A stretch of 64,000 bases of DNA, taken from positions 16,584,645 to 16,648,644 of the forward strand of contig OZ316893.1 in assembly GCA_973895155.1 (NCBI GenBank), given 5' to 3'. Position 1 is the first letter of the stretch. The number at the start of each line of letters is the position of its first letter. Positions 20,731 through 33,100 of the stretch are shown here, piece after piece. This DNA is from Marsupella aquatica. Taxonomy: Eukaryota; Plantae; Marchantiophyta. Under the pieces are notes generated by a model. The model was not told the DNA's origin. It did not search any database and worked only from the letters and a program-made list of their open reading frames with translations. A program made the position numbers and the translations under genes.

Positions 20731-21098
20731 TCTTTCTCTCGGACGGCCACTAATGGGACTCGCCCTCCTGAGGAGGGATTTATTTAAAAAAAAACCCCCC
20801 CCTCTCCTGACTTTGCAATGGGGGTCTCAACAATAGCTCTTGAAGCAAAACGGTAAGTCCTATGGGGCTGGTCCTGGCTAGTTTCAAGGTCCCAAAATAT
20901 TTGCCCACTTAGGTCGCCGCAAATCTTAGAACTATTATGAGAGAAAGAATATAAAGTCACCTGGGGCATCATCAACCTATAATGACGGAATTAACTAAAA
21001 ATTAAAAAATGGCTTATTTACATTGACTATTAACAAGGTATCGGCCTTTGCAACCAGTTATGTGTGACTTCCCGTGACGGGGTACCCGTCACAGTCAG

Positions 21099-22666
21099 CT
21101 TAGGCCAACTTTTGGGGCAATGTCTGGTACTGTTGCCATTGCCGTTGCCGTCCTCTTTTCCTTTTCCAGCAATTTCAATAGATTCTACATGCCTGGTTGC
21201 TGCATCGGCAAGTCTTCCGTCCTCGGCCTAAACACCTGCTTGATCGTAGGACTGTCGTGCTGGTTGGGTTTCTCTGCCTCCGGCCTCTGTTCTGGAACCT
21301 CCTCTGGTGCCCTTGCCTGCAGGGGAAGTATTGGGGCAAAGATCTGACTTTGGGCATACCAGCACAACAACGGCATGTGATAGCCAAGCTGGGACACGCT
21401 TCCCTTGCCGATCACCTACTATTCCTCCTTCAAGATCTTCTTCAGTTGAGTGAGGAGGTACCCGTTGTAGTCCCGGCTTGGGTCTGGCCTCTCCGCCAGG
21501 TAGACCTGTGCCTTGCCGATCTTTGGCCTTGGCAAGTTGCAATGCATGGTTACTCGTAAGAAATTGATCATCTCTCCGATGTGCGGGTTGGTGCAGGTGT
21601 TCCAGAAGAAGCCATTCTTCGTTGATGGCCCTGGGGACGACTGGAACACCCTATCAAGCAAGGTCTTCCTGGTATCTACTTTGGTCTTATTGCCCATTGG
21701 CAAGCCAAACGCTTTGGCAATCACCCGGGGAGTGGGATAGAAATCCTTCCGATACACCCTTGTGTAATTGGTCTTGGGCTCCCAAGATCCCACAAATACT
21801 AATAAGTCTAAATTCGGCACCTCCGGCTTCAGCCATGGTAATTTCACGAAGGCTTCCAAGCCGGATCCGGCCATGAAGCCCTGGTACTTCCGAGTCTGCA
21901 TAGCCGTAAAGCATGCATCCTCTTCACGTGCAAAGTGTAATTGCACTTCCTCGGGGAGGGTTGCCGCCCAGCCTTTCCAAGTGTCATCCCTTATTGGAAC
22001 GACATTGATGGGGTTGACCTCCTCTTGTTCAGCTTCTTCTTGCCTCCTGCTTCCTTGCTCGGCTGGCTTCCTTGGTGCCGCCAACCTTGTTCTCTTTGCA
22101 GGGGTGGCCTCTTCATTGTTGTTCCTTGTCCTCTTCATAGCGGCTGCCGTGGATGTTTCTCTGAGCATGGTTGCCTTCGTCCACCCCTCCGTGCTACCCT
22201 TCAACTCCCAGTGTATGTTGTTGCAGCGGTTGATGGCTTCCCAGGTGCCAACGATTCTGTTCTCGCAAAACAGAAGGTCGTCTAGCTCGTCGCCAGTAGG
22301 TGTCCACAGGAATTCAACCTTGATGAGTTCTCCTCCTAAGAAGGCAGACTTTTGCAGCTCCCACAGTCGAGCGAGCTCCTGTTGTTCTCGAGCTGCTCTT
22401 TTTGATTCTTCGTCCTCGTAGGTCCCAATGTACTCAGTTTCCCATTCGAACAAGCATCCCCAAAAATGAGCAGCTTGGTTGCCGTTGCTCATACCCTTCT
22501 TGAGTTGATAGTCGGTATCTGCTCCCGCCCAGAGTGCTTGCCTAAGCAACGGACAGTAGTTGGTTTCACGTAGTCGTCTGCTTAGTTTGTGCTTGCAAAT
22601 GAGCCACCATTCCTTGCGATCGGTCTTATCCCCCCTGCCTGGTCTTCCTTCCTGTTGGTTACCCAT
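21099..22666 (-). pseudogene. 5' part of element E ORF (plant-transposon-protein-like domain)
   Basis: ORF 21419-22678 with FMAGSGLEAFVKLPW, IAKAFGLP, NGFFWNTC; the frame continues past a TAG at 21419; cut by element A. Confidence 0.6.
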
Positions 22667-22867
22667 AGCCACTAGCACTTAGCGTGCCCTAACCCTAATT
22701 GTGTTCCCTCCCCCGGCGTCCTTACTTCCGGCCTCGGCTCGGGTTCCATAGTCACCCTTAATTGTTTATATTTTCCTTGTTTTTGTTACTATACTAATGT
22801 GTTTCCAGGGTACACTCTTGATTTTACCATTTAAACTGGCCTAGTGATTCTTGGCTAGGCATCACAA

Positions 22868-24976
22868 TAGCGCCTGGCGCTAGTTTGAAAGGTTGGACTC
22901 ATGCAAGTTTCTGTGCCTAACAGGAGGTCAAAAGTCCGACACGGAGGTACCGGCTGCCGAAGGGAAGAGTGATGCAACTCCTCAGGCATCGGAGGCAAAC
23001 ACTAGGGCTCAAGATACCCCAGATCTAGGGACCCCAAATGGTGCTGGCAAGTCCATTGTCCTTGTCGATGCAACTAGCACTAAGAAAAAGAAAAAGAGAG
23101 GCGTCAGTGAAGACAGAGCAGCATCATCTACTCGAGACATTATTTCCTATCGACTCCAGAGAGATGTCGGGAATTTTAAACAAAGGTTTTCTCGACACTG
23201 TTTTGTGGAGTCCAATTTAAATGAATTTTATGATTCAGTATTTAACAAGGGGCTGAAGCCCATGTGGGTTACTAAAGTTGAGGCCTGGGGAAAGGATCTG
23301 GTAAAGTCAAGAGACCGAGAGAAGGGAGTAATGCGTGGCGGAAAAGAGAGAGGCTTTAGTGTAGATGTTGGTTTCATCTACATTGCCACTGGATTGAAAC
23401 CAACACTTCTCGATAGGAAGGTTCCCAAGTGAAACCTTCAGGATTACACTATTCCCAGCTCTTTCTTCCGAGCAATGGAGCCATTCCTGGCAGACGATGG
23501 CCTACTTGCAATTTTACACAGAGGAGACTATGACCAGATATCCAAAGTGATTGCGGCTTGCCAGGATTCCAAGATTTTCCAGTGTATTTCAACCCACCAT
23601 GTGGTCATGAGTACACCAATGTATAGGCCCCGATCTGATACTCAGGTAACAATATCTGTTGCAGATAATAGCGCCTGATGCTACTGTCAGGATTTGCTTT
23701 ATCTGAACTTCACTTATCTTTCTTAAGGATGAAGGGTTGACTAGCGCCAAGCGCTAATATATATGTGTTTGTTTTCTTATACTGCCTTCATTGGGAAACT
23801 TTTTTACAGATATTCACACTTACTCTTAATATATTTTGCCACATTTTGTCAAAGGGAAGGGTCCCAAAAGACCCCAAGTTCCGACCACTCTCGAATGCAG
23901 AAAACCCTTCCATCACAAACCTCATTGGGTTTTTGTTACCGAGCCATGACCCGACTCCTGAGCTCCAGTTTGCTGGAAATTCACGCTTGCCTGTGGGTTT
24001 CATGCAAACTATTTTGGAATTGGTGACTCTTCCTGGAGATATCGTTATGGACTGGACAGTAGGTTCCGGTAGTACATTTGTGGCTGGAGATTATTCTGGT
24101 CGCTTTGTTGTTGGGCTGGAAAATCGGCCAGAGTTTGTTGATACTTTTGATAAGGTCTTGCTCAATCTTTTACAGAACAAAGAAGTGGTTGCACTAACTC
24201 TTCCTAACAAGATTCCTGGAAGTAAGAAGCAGGACAGGCTCCGTGCTATTCTAAATTTTGATTCTGAAGACAAGAATGAGGGTGGCGATGGTTCTCAACA
24301 ATCTAAAGATGATGAGGTGTCAAAGAATGTGGTGGACCTTGGATCTGGAGATGAGGACAGTGAAGAGTCAGAAGAGTAATTTTCTTTAGCTTTCTTTCTC
24401 TCATTTTATACTTTTTTTCCAAAGATCTCCTCTACTCCCTTGTCTAGAAAATTCCACCGATTTCCCCACTTTGACTAAAGAACTCTAGTTCAACTTGTCA
24501 GGTCAGGGTGGAATCTTTGGAGGCATTTTCAACTTTGAAGGAAAATCTCTAGGAATGTTGTACAGACCCCGGAGGAGCCATTTGTTCTTCCCTCTTATGC
24601 TGAAAAGGCGGCATGACGGGCAGATTCAGTCAAGATGCTTACTTGGGAGAGTAAAGGTCTTAGGCTCAGGAGAGGCTCAGATAGGAAGTTTGTGCAGAAC
24701 CACTTCGTAGATGACATTGCAAAATCCAAGTATGTGGACGACGAAGCAGAGTCCACTGATAGATCAAAAAGTAGCGGTTCTGTATCAGGCTCAAAATCGA
24801 GTGGTTGTGGATCTGGTCTTTAGTTCTTTCTTGTTTTATTTACCTCTTTGGGGAGAACAGCACAAAAGAAGAACTCCGTGGCGTGTCGTATTAGAGTAGC
24901 GCCCGACGCTATTACTCTAGCCGGTAGTTCAAAGAGGTATTGATTAGGATGTTTTCCTTATAGCGTCGGGCGCTAG
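22868..24976. repeat. Dispersed palindromic motif TAGCGCCNGGCGCTA (5 copies)
   Basis: Variants at ~22868, 23669, 23742, 24897 and 24961, all outside the inferred exons. Confidence 0.7.
22924..24379 (+). pseudogene. Spliced beta-class N4-cytosine/N6-adenine DNA methyltransferase-like gene (3' exons)
   Basis: LPVGFMQTILELVTLPGDIVMDWTVGSGSTFVAGDYSGRFVVGLE matches the SAM-binding motif I region. Upstream SVDVGFIYIATGL and PFLADDGLLAIL sit where motifs IV and VI are expected. A phase-0 GT-AG intron at 23646-23809 joins the frames. Internal TGA at 23430-23432. Confidence 0.65.
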
Positions 24977-25299
24977 TATAAATGTACTCAAGGGCCGCTT
25001 GAGGTCCAATATAATGTGAAAATTCTTTTTGCACAACGAGTTTTTTATGAAAGTTTATGCTCATGATCGGACAAACTTTGGGTAAGGTGCATAATAAAAC
25101 CTTGACTTTGGGGGTTCAAATGATATTTATTATATATATTGTTATCATTTGGTGTCTTTTTTTTGTTGCATATTTTCTGGTATGAGTTTTGCTATTTGTT
25201 GTTTGTTGTTTGCTGTCACGGAGAGATCCCCCACCATTGAGTAGCGGTCGTGTTGGAGAGCAAGTGCGGCTTCGTATGGGAGGGGCCACTGGCGGTGCA

Positions 25300-26750
25300 A
25301 GGGGCACTAGGCTGCTTGCTCAAGGTATTCCGTGGAGGCATTTGGGCACCAGGGGCACCTAGGCGTGAGTGCTGGGATTGGTGAGGGCGCTAGGTGGCAA
25401 GGTCCACCACTAGATGTAGAAGTCCCATCACCAGAAGTAGGTCTCACCTGAGAACTAGCCGCAGTAGCTAGTTGTTGCTCCAATTGAGCAATCTTAGCGT
25501 CCTTAGGATTTGTGGTCATAGTAGGAGCAGCATCTCCTCCTTGTCTCCCTGCATGTGGCATACCTCGGCCATGATAACCACCTCTACCTCCTCTTCCCTG
25601 ATCATGTGTGCGTTGTCCTCCTCTCCGTAACTCAGGATGGAGTGAGAAACACCTATCCTTGGTGTGTCTAGGGGCTCCACAATGATCACACTACTGCTGA
25701 TCAGGTGTTGAGGCCCCTCCTGACCCTCTAAGATCAAGGAAATATCATTGCGCGTAATCCCCACCATAGGTCCAACATCCTGACTACTATCCAACATAGA
25801 AAGGCACAAGTCTCTGGCTGGAGACTCTCGTGCAGTGGGCTTCTCCCTCTGGCTCTTCCGTGTAGTAGGCTATAGTGTGGATATAGATGCAATCTTTGGC
25901 GCTTCCTTGGCAAATCCAAAAGTCACCACTTTCTCATTCACCATATTGAGCTCAGAAAGTATAAAAACAACTGCCAATGTGGGATCTGCATCCTTAAGTA
26001 GAGTGACATCTCTCACTCTGCATCGCAATTCTTTGTCTAGAATTGCATACCAAAATTGGACTGCCTGGGCCTCTGTCACTCCCTTGGTGATAGTGATCAA
26101 TCTGCGCATATGAGTGTATGCCTCACGTAGACTCTCTCCAGCCTTGCACTGAAACTCCTGGAGACCCTTCAACTTATCAAGTCTCACACCCTGATAGTTC
26201 TACTTTGACAGTACCTCAAAGAATTTCACCACAGGGTTAAATGTTGGCGCAACTCCAGTCCCTATCACAATCACACCGGTAGGAGTGGTGGTGGATGCTG
26301 ATGGAGTGGTACTAGTGGATGGTGTGCCACTCTGGCTAGTGCTACTAGAAGAAGCAGCGGCTGTGGCAATGGGTTGGGCAGCCGCACTAGTGCCATAGGT
26401 GATGGACACATAATTAGGCGATCAATGTTGCCTCCATGCCTCAATCTCAACCAAATGAGCCTTCCAAAACTCATGGTAGTCATCCATGGGTGGCCCCTCC
26501 AAATGCTAAAATAATCCTTTCTAGGCCATGAAAGGGGTAAACAACGTGGCGTTACGTAGTGTCTGCATATCGCACCATGTATCAAACTCCTGGATGAAGT
26601 CATCTAGATCAATCGTGCCAACTGCACCAGAGTATTGTCGTGGGCCCTTTGTAGCCCCGTACATCTCTTACATGATGAGAAGACTGGTCATAGAGTCCTC
26701 GTCAAAATCATTGTTTGAAGCTATGTTGCTGACTACTACCAATGTTGCTA
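25300..26750 (-). pseudogene. gag: Degenerate gag fragment of another LTR retrotransposon
   Basis: Stop-broken frame with DLDDFIQEFDTW, GESLREAYTHMRRLI..EAQAVQFWY and a CDHCGAPRHTKDRC knuckle. Confidence 0.65.
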
Positions 26751-27489
26751 GCCAAAACTGCACCCCACTCCGAGTGAAACCGGTCTACCATCCATTGCGT
26801 AGCCCCGCAACACCAAAAGAATCTATGATGACCAAATCACAAAATCATAGTCATCAATCTAATCTATGTGCTAACCCTAATTGGGCAATCAGTCTCTGCC
26901 AGCAACACAAGCACTCACCATGGTGTGTTGGGCATCACTCCAACATCACCATGAGAGAAATACGCAGCACAACTAGAGTGTCTAGTTTCAAACCCGAATC
27001 ACTCCTACGGAATCAAACGCCCACACAACATTAACATGGCGTGTCGGCAGGAAGCATGTGTAGAGAGGGTCCAACAACAAGAGTGGATAAGCAACAACTT
27101 TTCACACCAAGAGTGATCACAAATCAATCACATTCAATGTAGGGCCTTCATAATAGACCTCAAGAATCCTGCATCAAATATTCAAGAATCCATCGCAAAC
27201 GAGCTCAAATAGAGTAGCTAGATGAATTCAAATGTGCATAAAACCCCTAGGGCCTCATTCCTTGGACACCAAATGTGGAAGGAAGCATGTACAATGCACC
27301 ACATAAGAACTATCTAGTTAAGCGCATGAGGGGAGGAATAGCTTTGGGATGGGTGACCTCTCACTTGTCATTATGCACCAAATCTGCCACTCCAAAATGA
27401 CAGTACTTGCAATTCTCCTCATGTACTGCCCGCTCCTGCTCCGCCCTCATGCCCCTCGTCCCGAGTAACCACAACATTTCCAGGTTCAA

Positions 27490-27910
27490 TCCTTTGTTTT
27501 CTTCACAAAAGAACGTTGCGCCCAGCCTATTGGATCCGCGGATACTACCCTTGCAGCAACCGACCACACATCAATTTTGGCAACATACGCGATTGTCAGT
27601 AGTCGCTTTCTTCACAAAAATGCAGCGTCAACTACACAGCAACCCCTCGCATCGTTGCTACACAATTTGGCAACATTTGCTGTAGTTTCCTTCACAAAAA
27701 CAGCAATGTCGATGGCTCTCAACCTCCGCAAACCTATTGCGCACGGTTCTAGGACATTTTGTGAGCGTTCCTTCACAATAAAATGCTGCGAGCACTCAAA
27801 ATCAATGTTGTTGTGAACTCAACAACATTCCGACGGATCTGTCCACAAAACAGCAGCGCGGTACAAATAGCAACCTTCGGCCATCACTTTCCTTCACGAA
27901 AAGCATTGGC
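27490..27910. repeat. Cluster of TTCACAAAA..(C)AGCG-like repeats, probable subterminal repeats of a DNA transposon remnant
   Basis: About six ttcacaaaa-type motifs just upstream of a CACTA transposase fragment; no CACTA terminus found. Confidence 0.4.
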
Positions 27911-28014
27911 TATTCCCACTCCAACTCAATCCAGATCTAGACCAGGTCCAGATCTAACAACATTCAAGTGGTTGATACCAGTTATCAACCACTGATAACT
28001 AATGATCCTTGCTA

Positions 28015-29255
28015 CCCCCTATTTGTTGGTTTCCCATCATTCCTCGGTTGTTGCACATGTATCGGTGTTCTGACTTGGCAGAGTTGATGGTATGGCATAA
28101 GACTCATCGATCAGAGTCTGGTGTCATGCGGTTGCCAATTGACTCCCCTACTCACAAACATATTGAGGCAACATGGCCAGACTTTGCACATGATCCTCGC
28201 CATGTGAGGCTAGGATTGGCATCTGATGGGGTTAACCCTCATTCACTTGGAGGAAAGGGGCAACCTACATCAGTTTGGCCTACACGTGTGGTTGTCATGA
28301 ATTACAACCTTCCACCATGGCTATCCATGAAGAAGGGGTTCCTCTTATCTCGGGGGTCTCACTATATGGGGACCTCCCCATCGCCTGCGACGTTTTTAGG
28401 CCTCGAACCCCCTAAAATGTAAGAATTTTTTTTAATTTTTTAACCCCTATAAAGTTGGAATATTCTTGGAATATTCTAAAAATTGGATTAAAAAGACCCT
28501 AATGTTCTTATAAGTCTCAAAATTGAATTTAAAAGACCCTATTGTTCTTCTACAAAAATTCTTAAGTCTTCCCTTAGAACCAATAAAATGACCCTATCCT
28601 TCGTCGCACGTGATATGCCATTTTTGTGGAAGTGAGACCCTCGAGCCTTTTATTGTCTTTGATTATCCCAAGTTCAAAAAAGGTGAAGAACTTTGACACT
28701 TACTTGGCACTATTGGTTGGAGAACTTCAAAAATTATGGGATGGAGTGTGGGCATATGATGGCAGGAAAATTATAGGAGGTTTTCCACGTGTCTTTAAAT
28801 TGAGAGGGATAATTTGTTGGACAATGCATGACTATCCTGGTAAGATGACTTCCATGCCATTTGCAACCCTTCAATAATGTGCAATATATATTGTTGTTTC
28901 TCATGTGACAACCCTAACATAAAGTTTGCATGGTTTGATTTCTTTTGTGTAAGCAGGGTTTGGTTTTGTCTCTGGATTGCAAACTCACGGGTACAAAGCT
29001 TGTTCTACTTATGGCCCAAGCTTAGAGGACATGGCCATATATTGTTCATGGATTAGAAAGATTGTTTATATTGGGCATACAAAGTTTCTTCCCATAGGGC
29101 ATGAGATGAGATTTGACCCACTTCTATTTTCCTCCTTTGACATGCCATTTGGTGATGAGCGTGAAATTCCTGATGCAACAAGTTTTGCATATTGGAAGTC
29201 ACTAGCTGATAGGGTGGCAGACCCAAATGATTCCTTCACCTTTGATATAGGATAG
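28015..29255 (+). pseudogene. CACTA/En-Spm Tnp2 transposase fragment, interrupted by a MITE
   Basis: FPIIPRL, RHVRLGLASDGVNP, NYNLPPW, SLIIP, WTMHDYPG, GYKACS motifs; truncated at both ends. Confidence 0.85.
28349..28645. mobile_element. MITE (297 bp), 15-bp TIR CTCG(G/A)GGGTCTCACT, 8-bp TSD
   Basis: TIRs at 28349 and ending 28645; TSD cctcttat / ccttttat; removing it rejoins the transposase sequence (KKGFLL..SLIIP). Confidence 0.85.
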
Positions 29256-29266
29256 AGGACATCACA

Positions 29267-30116
29267 ACAAAAGCAACACTTATGGTGAGGACCCGCAATG
29301 CTGAACATGTGCGGCTTGCACACAAGGCAGAGATGTTGCACCTTGAGTATGTCAGACTTGGGATCCTTTCAGCCCAATTTGCATGGTACTTCGAGTACCT
29401 TGTTGTTTCCAGGAACAACTACAGCCAGCCTCTACCTGCTTCAGTACCCTTCCCGACATCCTTGGTATTTGTGTCTCTTGTACATGACCCGCCAAAAATT
29501 AGGTGCCAAGGGTGTGTGCACAGTTGCCAATATGACTGTCTTGCCTGTAGGGCTTTTGGCCCAGAGTTGGATGACCATTCTCTTGGATGTCGATATTTGC
29601 ACAGAGCACAATGTATCATCTGGAACCACTCGCCATCCTGTAGTGTGCCTGGTGATGTCACTTAGTTGTCCTGCCCTCCCAGACCCCACCATCGGTGCGA
29701 TTGGTGTCTACACATGTTTGGATCACACGCTCTAGAGGACCACTTATCACACCGCATGCATAGACCAGAGACCATTGATCTATAACTTAACACTCTGACT
29801 TCAACACAGAGGATATTTACTTAAAATTTGATGTATGAGCAATTTTGGGTCCAGGGTTTAGGGTCAACAGTACATAACTTATCCTATTATGGCTGCACTA
29901 AGTAGAATATCCTAATTTAAGAGGTTAGCAAGCTCACTTAAAAGTCTATATTCAAATACTGCTTTCATGACTACTTTAACTTGGTGAACATTGCAACGTT
30001 CAATGAATTAATGGGCCATGTGATAACCTGCAAAATTTGATTTATGCCTAACTCATTTGTCTCAGCCACTATCATAGCCTATTTAGGATGTATAAATTAC
30101 AACACTTATCACACTG
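29267..30116. repeat. Segment homologous to 39974-40777 (CACTA-internal sequence)
   Basis: Direct alignment visible over ~0.8 kb; this copy is cut by element B after cacactg. Confidence 0.9.
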
Positions 30117-33100
30117 TGTGACATGGGTTATGTGTCACTTAATCGAGTGTAGGTCCTAGATTAGGACTTATACGGTCATTAGGACCGTAGCCGTAGCGTA
30201 GAGTAGTAGGAATAGCCGTCTTTGCCATTATGAGTAGATTAGGAGTAGGTTAGTTGACTAAATGATTATGAATTAAGGGAAGGAAATTATTACGATTGGC
30301 CGAGGTACCATGGCGGCGGCGGAGTAAAATTCCGTTAGGAGATCACGCTTGGACCGAGACACTCAACTTTGGGCCATTATCAACGACCAAAACGGCCTCA
30401 CCTTCTCACGCTCGGGCTCACCCTAGCACCTCCATAAGAGCTGAGTTGATGGCACCGCAGCCCATTTGCTCATTCATACCTTTTAGAATTCGCGGACACT
30501 GCCATTCACTCTTGCCTTTTGCTCGAATCGAGCTAACTTTTACGAGGAAATTATCGAAGGGTAAGAGCGGATTGTGGTGGGATTTAGTCAGGGCGAGTAA
30601 GGCCTCCACTAGCAAGCAAAACTGCCGGGCGGGGGCACAAACTCAACAAACCAGACTACAAAGGTTAGTATGACCCTTACAGCCTTGGGATTTTGGACCT
30701 TGTTTAGCGAGGTAGGTGCTAAGTTCTCTGAGACTTACCGGTGCTCTTGCCCCGAGAAAGCCGCTTACAAACAAAGATACGCGAAGTTGGTGGCCAAGGT
30801 AGCATAGGTTAATTGTGAGAAGACAGCCATCACCAGGGATTCGACCTACAACAAGCTGCGGGACTACATCACCAAGCTATATCTCAGCAAGGAGGGGCTT
30901 AGATCGGTAGCAGAGGCGATTCTTGAAGTCCCCGCAAAGTTCTTTAGGCTGAAGGGCAACCAGAGGCTGACTCAAGCAGAGTTTGACAAGATCCCGGGTT
31001 ACATCGACCAGCAGATTGCAGTTGAAAAGTGCCAAGAAGACATCAACAGACAACAGGAAGCGGCGCGTAATCTTACGTTCCTCGGGGAAAGCTCTAACGC
31101 CTTCAACTGGGATATGGCTACCCCGACGCCACCCCCAGCCCCTCAGCCAATGACCATCGGCGTACCACCAAACCGGTCCCAAGTCCGTCCCGTGAACAAC
31201 ACCGAGTGTTCCTCGAGTTCCGCGCATGTTAGTCCGCAACTTGAGCAACGTTGTCAGAAGCGGGCAAGGATGACGCCGGCCCCCAAACTGACGGTGCAAA
31301 CCAACGCTGCCCCTGTACCTGCCCCGGCCAACCCGCCAACTAACCACTCTTGACGATCCTCGGATAATCAATAGCCCAACTTATTACAGGTAATCCGCAT
31401 CCTCGAGGTAGTCTGGACAGCGATCAAGAAACTCGACCACGCGGATTATCTCAAGGAGCATCAGTTGGAGCAAGTTGCTCACTTGCAATGGAGACCTAAC
31501 GCAGCCGGGCCAAGGGAGATTTATGAGTTCATCTCCAATTTTGACATCGATGCGGCAACCACCAAGGTTTCAAGGCAGACCTTATCACTTACGGAGTATC
31601 GGTTGGCACAGATCTTTTGTCTGCCAACCGGGCCGGTGTCAGTTGAACTCCAAATTTGGGATAAGGTGTATACACCCCGACACTTCAAACCCGAGGGTAA
31701 GACAGACAACGGGTACAAGCAGGGGTCATGCACCAACTTAGTCTGTATGGAGCAGCTTAACTTCATATGGACTACCCTACACATAATTGAGCCACGGTCC
31801 AAGATCTCCCTCTGTACGATCGTACAGGTGGAATAGTACAAATGGCAGAACTAGGCCCAACTCTTTTGCCGTAGGTTCTCGGAGGAGCTTAGGCGGGCTC
31901 AAGGAGGTATGTCTATCGGGGAAAGGACCTACCTAGGAAGTCACATTGCCATCATCCTCGCCTAGTACAAGGCACGGCGGGAGGCCAAGGGAAAGAATAT
32001 GGCCACCTCAGCCCCGACTAGCATCGCCCCCGCTACGAAGGAGGCTACCCCAAGCAAGCGGACCACTACGCCTTGGGAAAACCCCGAGCCCATGGCCCTA
32101 ACTAATACTCCGCCACCTCCTCCCATTGAAATCCCTCCGCCCCCTTCCGTTGAGCCTCCGCTGCCCCCAGTACAACCACCCCCAATCCCTCCACCACCTG
32201 AAGAAACCTTCCTCTCCCCATTGTAGACTACGGAGGAGCTTGCCACCCCGCCCGAGGAACCACCGGTGCCCGAGAGGATGGAGGACTACCAAGTAGCCCC
32301 GGGGAGCCTACGACCTGGTCCAGAAGTTTAGCCAAACTATGTGAGGGGAGCTAGCGACGTACATTGGGCAAGAGGTCTCGGCGTACTTCCAACCAACCTT
32401 CTTCATGTTAGAGCACCAACCACGGATCGTAAGCCGCTTGGAGGAAGAACTCATCACAAAGGGGAACAAGATCAGGGCCTCCAAATGCTAGTAGAACACC
32501 TCGAAGAGGAGGCTACCACCCGCCGTGAAGAGTTAGTCCGCACCGTTGAACAATGGGAAGGACTCAACCAGGAGTTGAGCGTGGCGTAAGCAGATCTCAA
32601 GAAGTTGGATGACACTGTGCTTCAGTTGCGCTCAGAATCCTTGGCTCGGGTTACCAGCCTGACCGACCTCAACAACCAATTCCTGCAGGCAGCTCAGCAG
32701 GTGGCTAGTCTCTCCGCCGAGCGAGATAAATTGTTGGCGTAGAACCAGATCCATCGTGACTCCATTGGCCAGCTCAGCCTAGAGGTAGCACGGCTCTAGA
32801 CCGAGGCCGATGAAGCTACAAACAAGGCAGAGGAGGCGGTACGGGATAACAAGGCCTTGCAGGACCGCATTACCCTGCTCGTAAGCCAACGGGCAAGACT
32901 TGGACCCACTTCTGATCAAGGCGGCTCAAGGTCTTGCCCCGACAAGGGGACAAACCCTGGTCCGACCACAACACACACATAAGGGGTGGTTAGCAGAGGG
33001 TGTGAGCAAGCATCGCGAGAGGCAGTTGAGTCAACAACATCTTTTTGATTAAGCTTAACGATAGAATAGCTGTCATTAGGCGCCGATTAGCGGCGCAATA

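Larger units (their letters stand above)
6271..21093 (-). mobile_element. Element A: full-length young Ty3/gypsy (non-chromovirus, Athila-like) LTR retrotransposon, 14.8 kb
   Basis: TG...CA LTRs at 6271-10397 and 17016-21093; 5-bp TSD GTCAG at 6266-6270 and 21094-21098; gag-PR-RT-RH-IN order; PBS and PPT present; no chromodomain seen. Confidence 0.97.
17016..21093 (-). repeat. 5' LTR of element A (4078 bp)
   Basis: Near-identical to 6271-10397. It is 49 bp shorter: one 47-bp unit and two homopolymer bases. Confidence 0.97.
1..22866 (-). mobile_element. Element E: inferred giant ORF-bearing LTR of an older gypsy element, interrupted by element A and the 440-3834 insertion; left end outside window
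   Basis: Minus strand starts TGTGATG at 22866 (A starts TGTGACG, B TGTGACA) with a similar terminal GTGA..TCAC hairpin. It contains a decayed ORF resembling the LTR ORFs of A, B and D. A second LTR and TSD are not visible. Confidence 0.45.

Noticed and set aside
6271-21093. 4-kb direct repeat as a segmental duplication or assembly artefact
   Set aside because: TG..CA ends, a 5-bp TSD, PBS, PPT and small differences between the copies identify them as LTRs.
27040-27360. LTR and PBS for the gag remnant (tgtggaagg at 27274 with adjacent minus-strand TGGTGTCC)
   Set aside because: No partner LTR, TSD or recognisable tRNA match; too weak to annotate.
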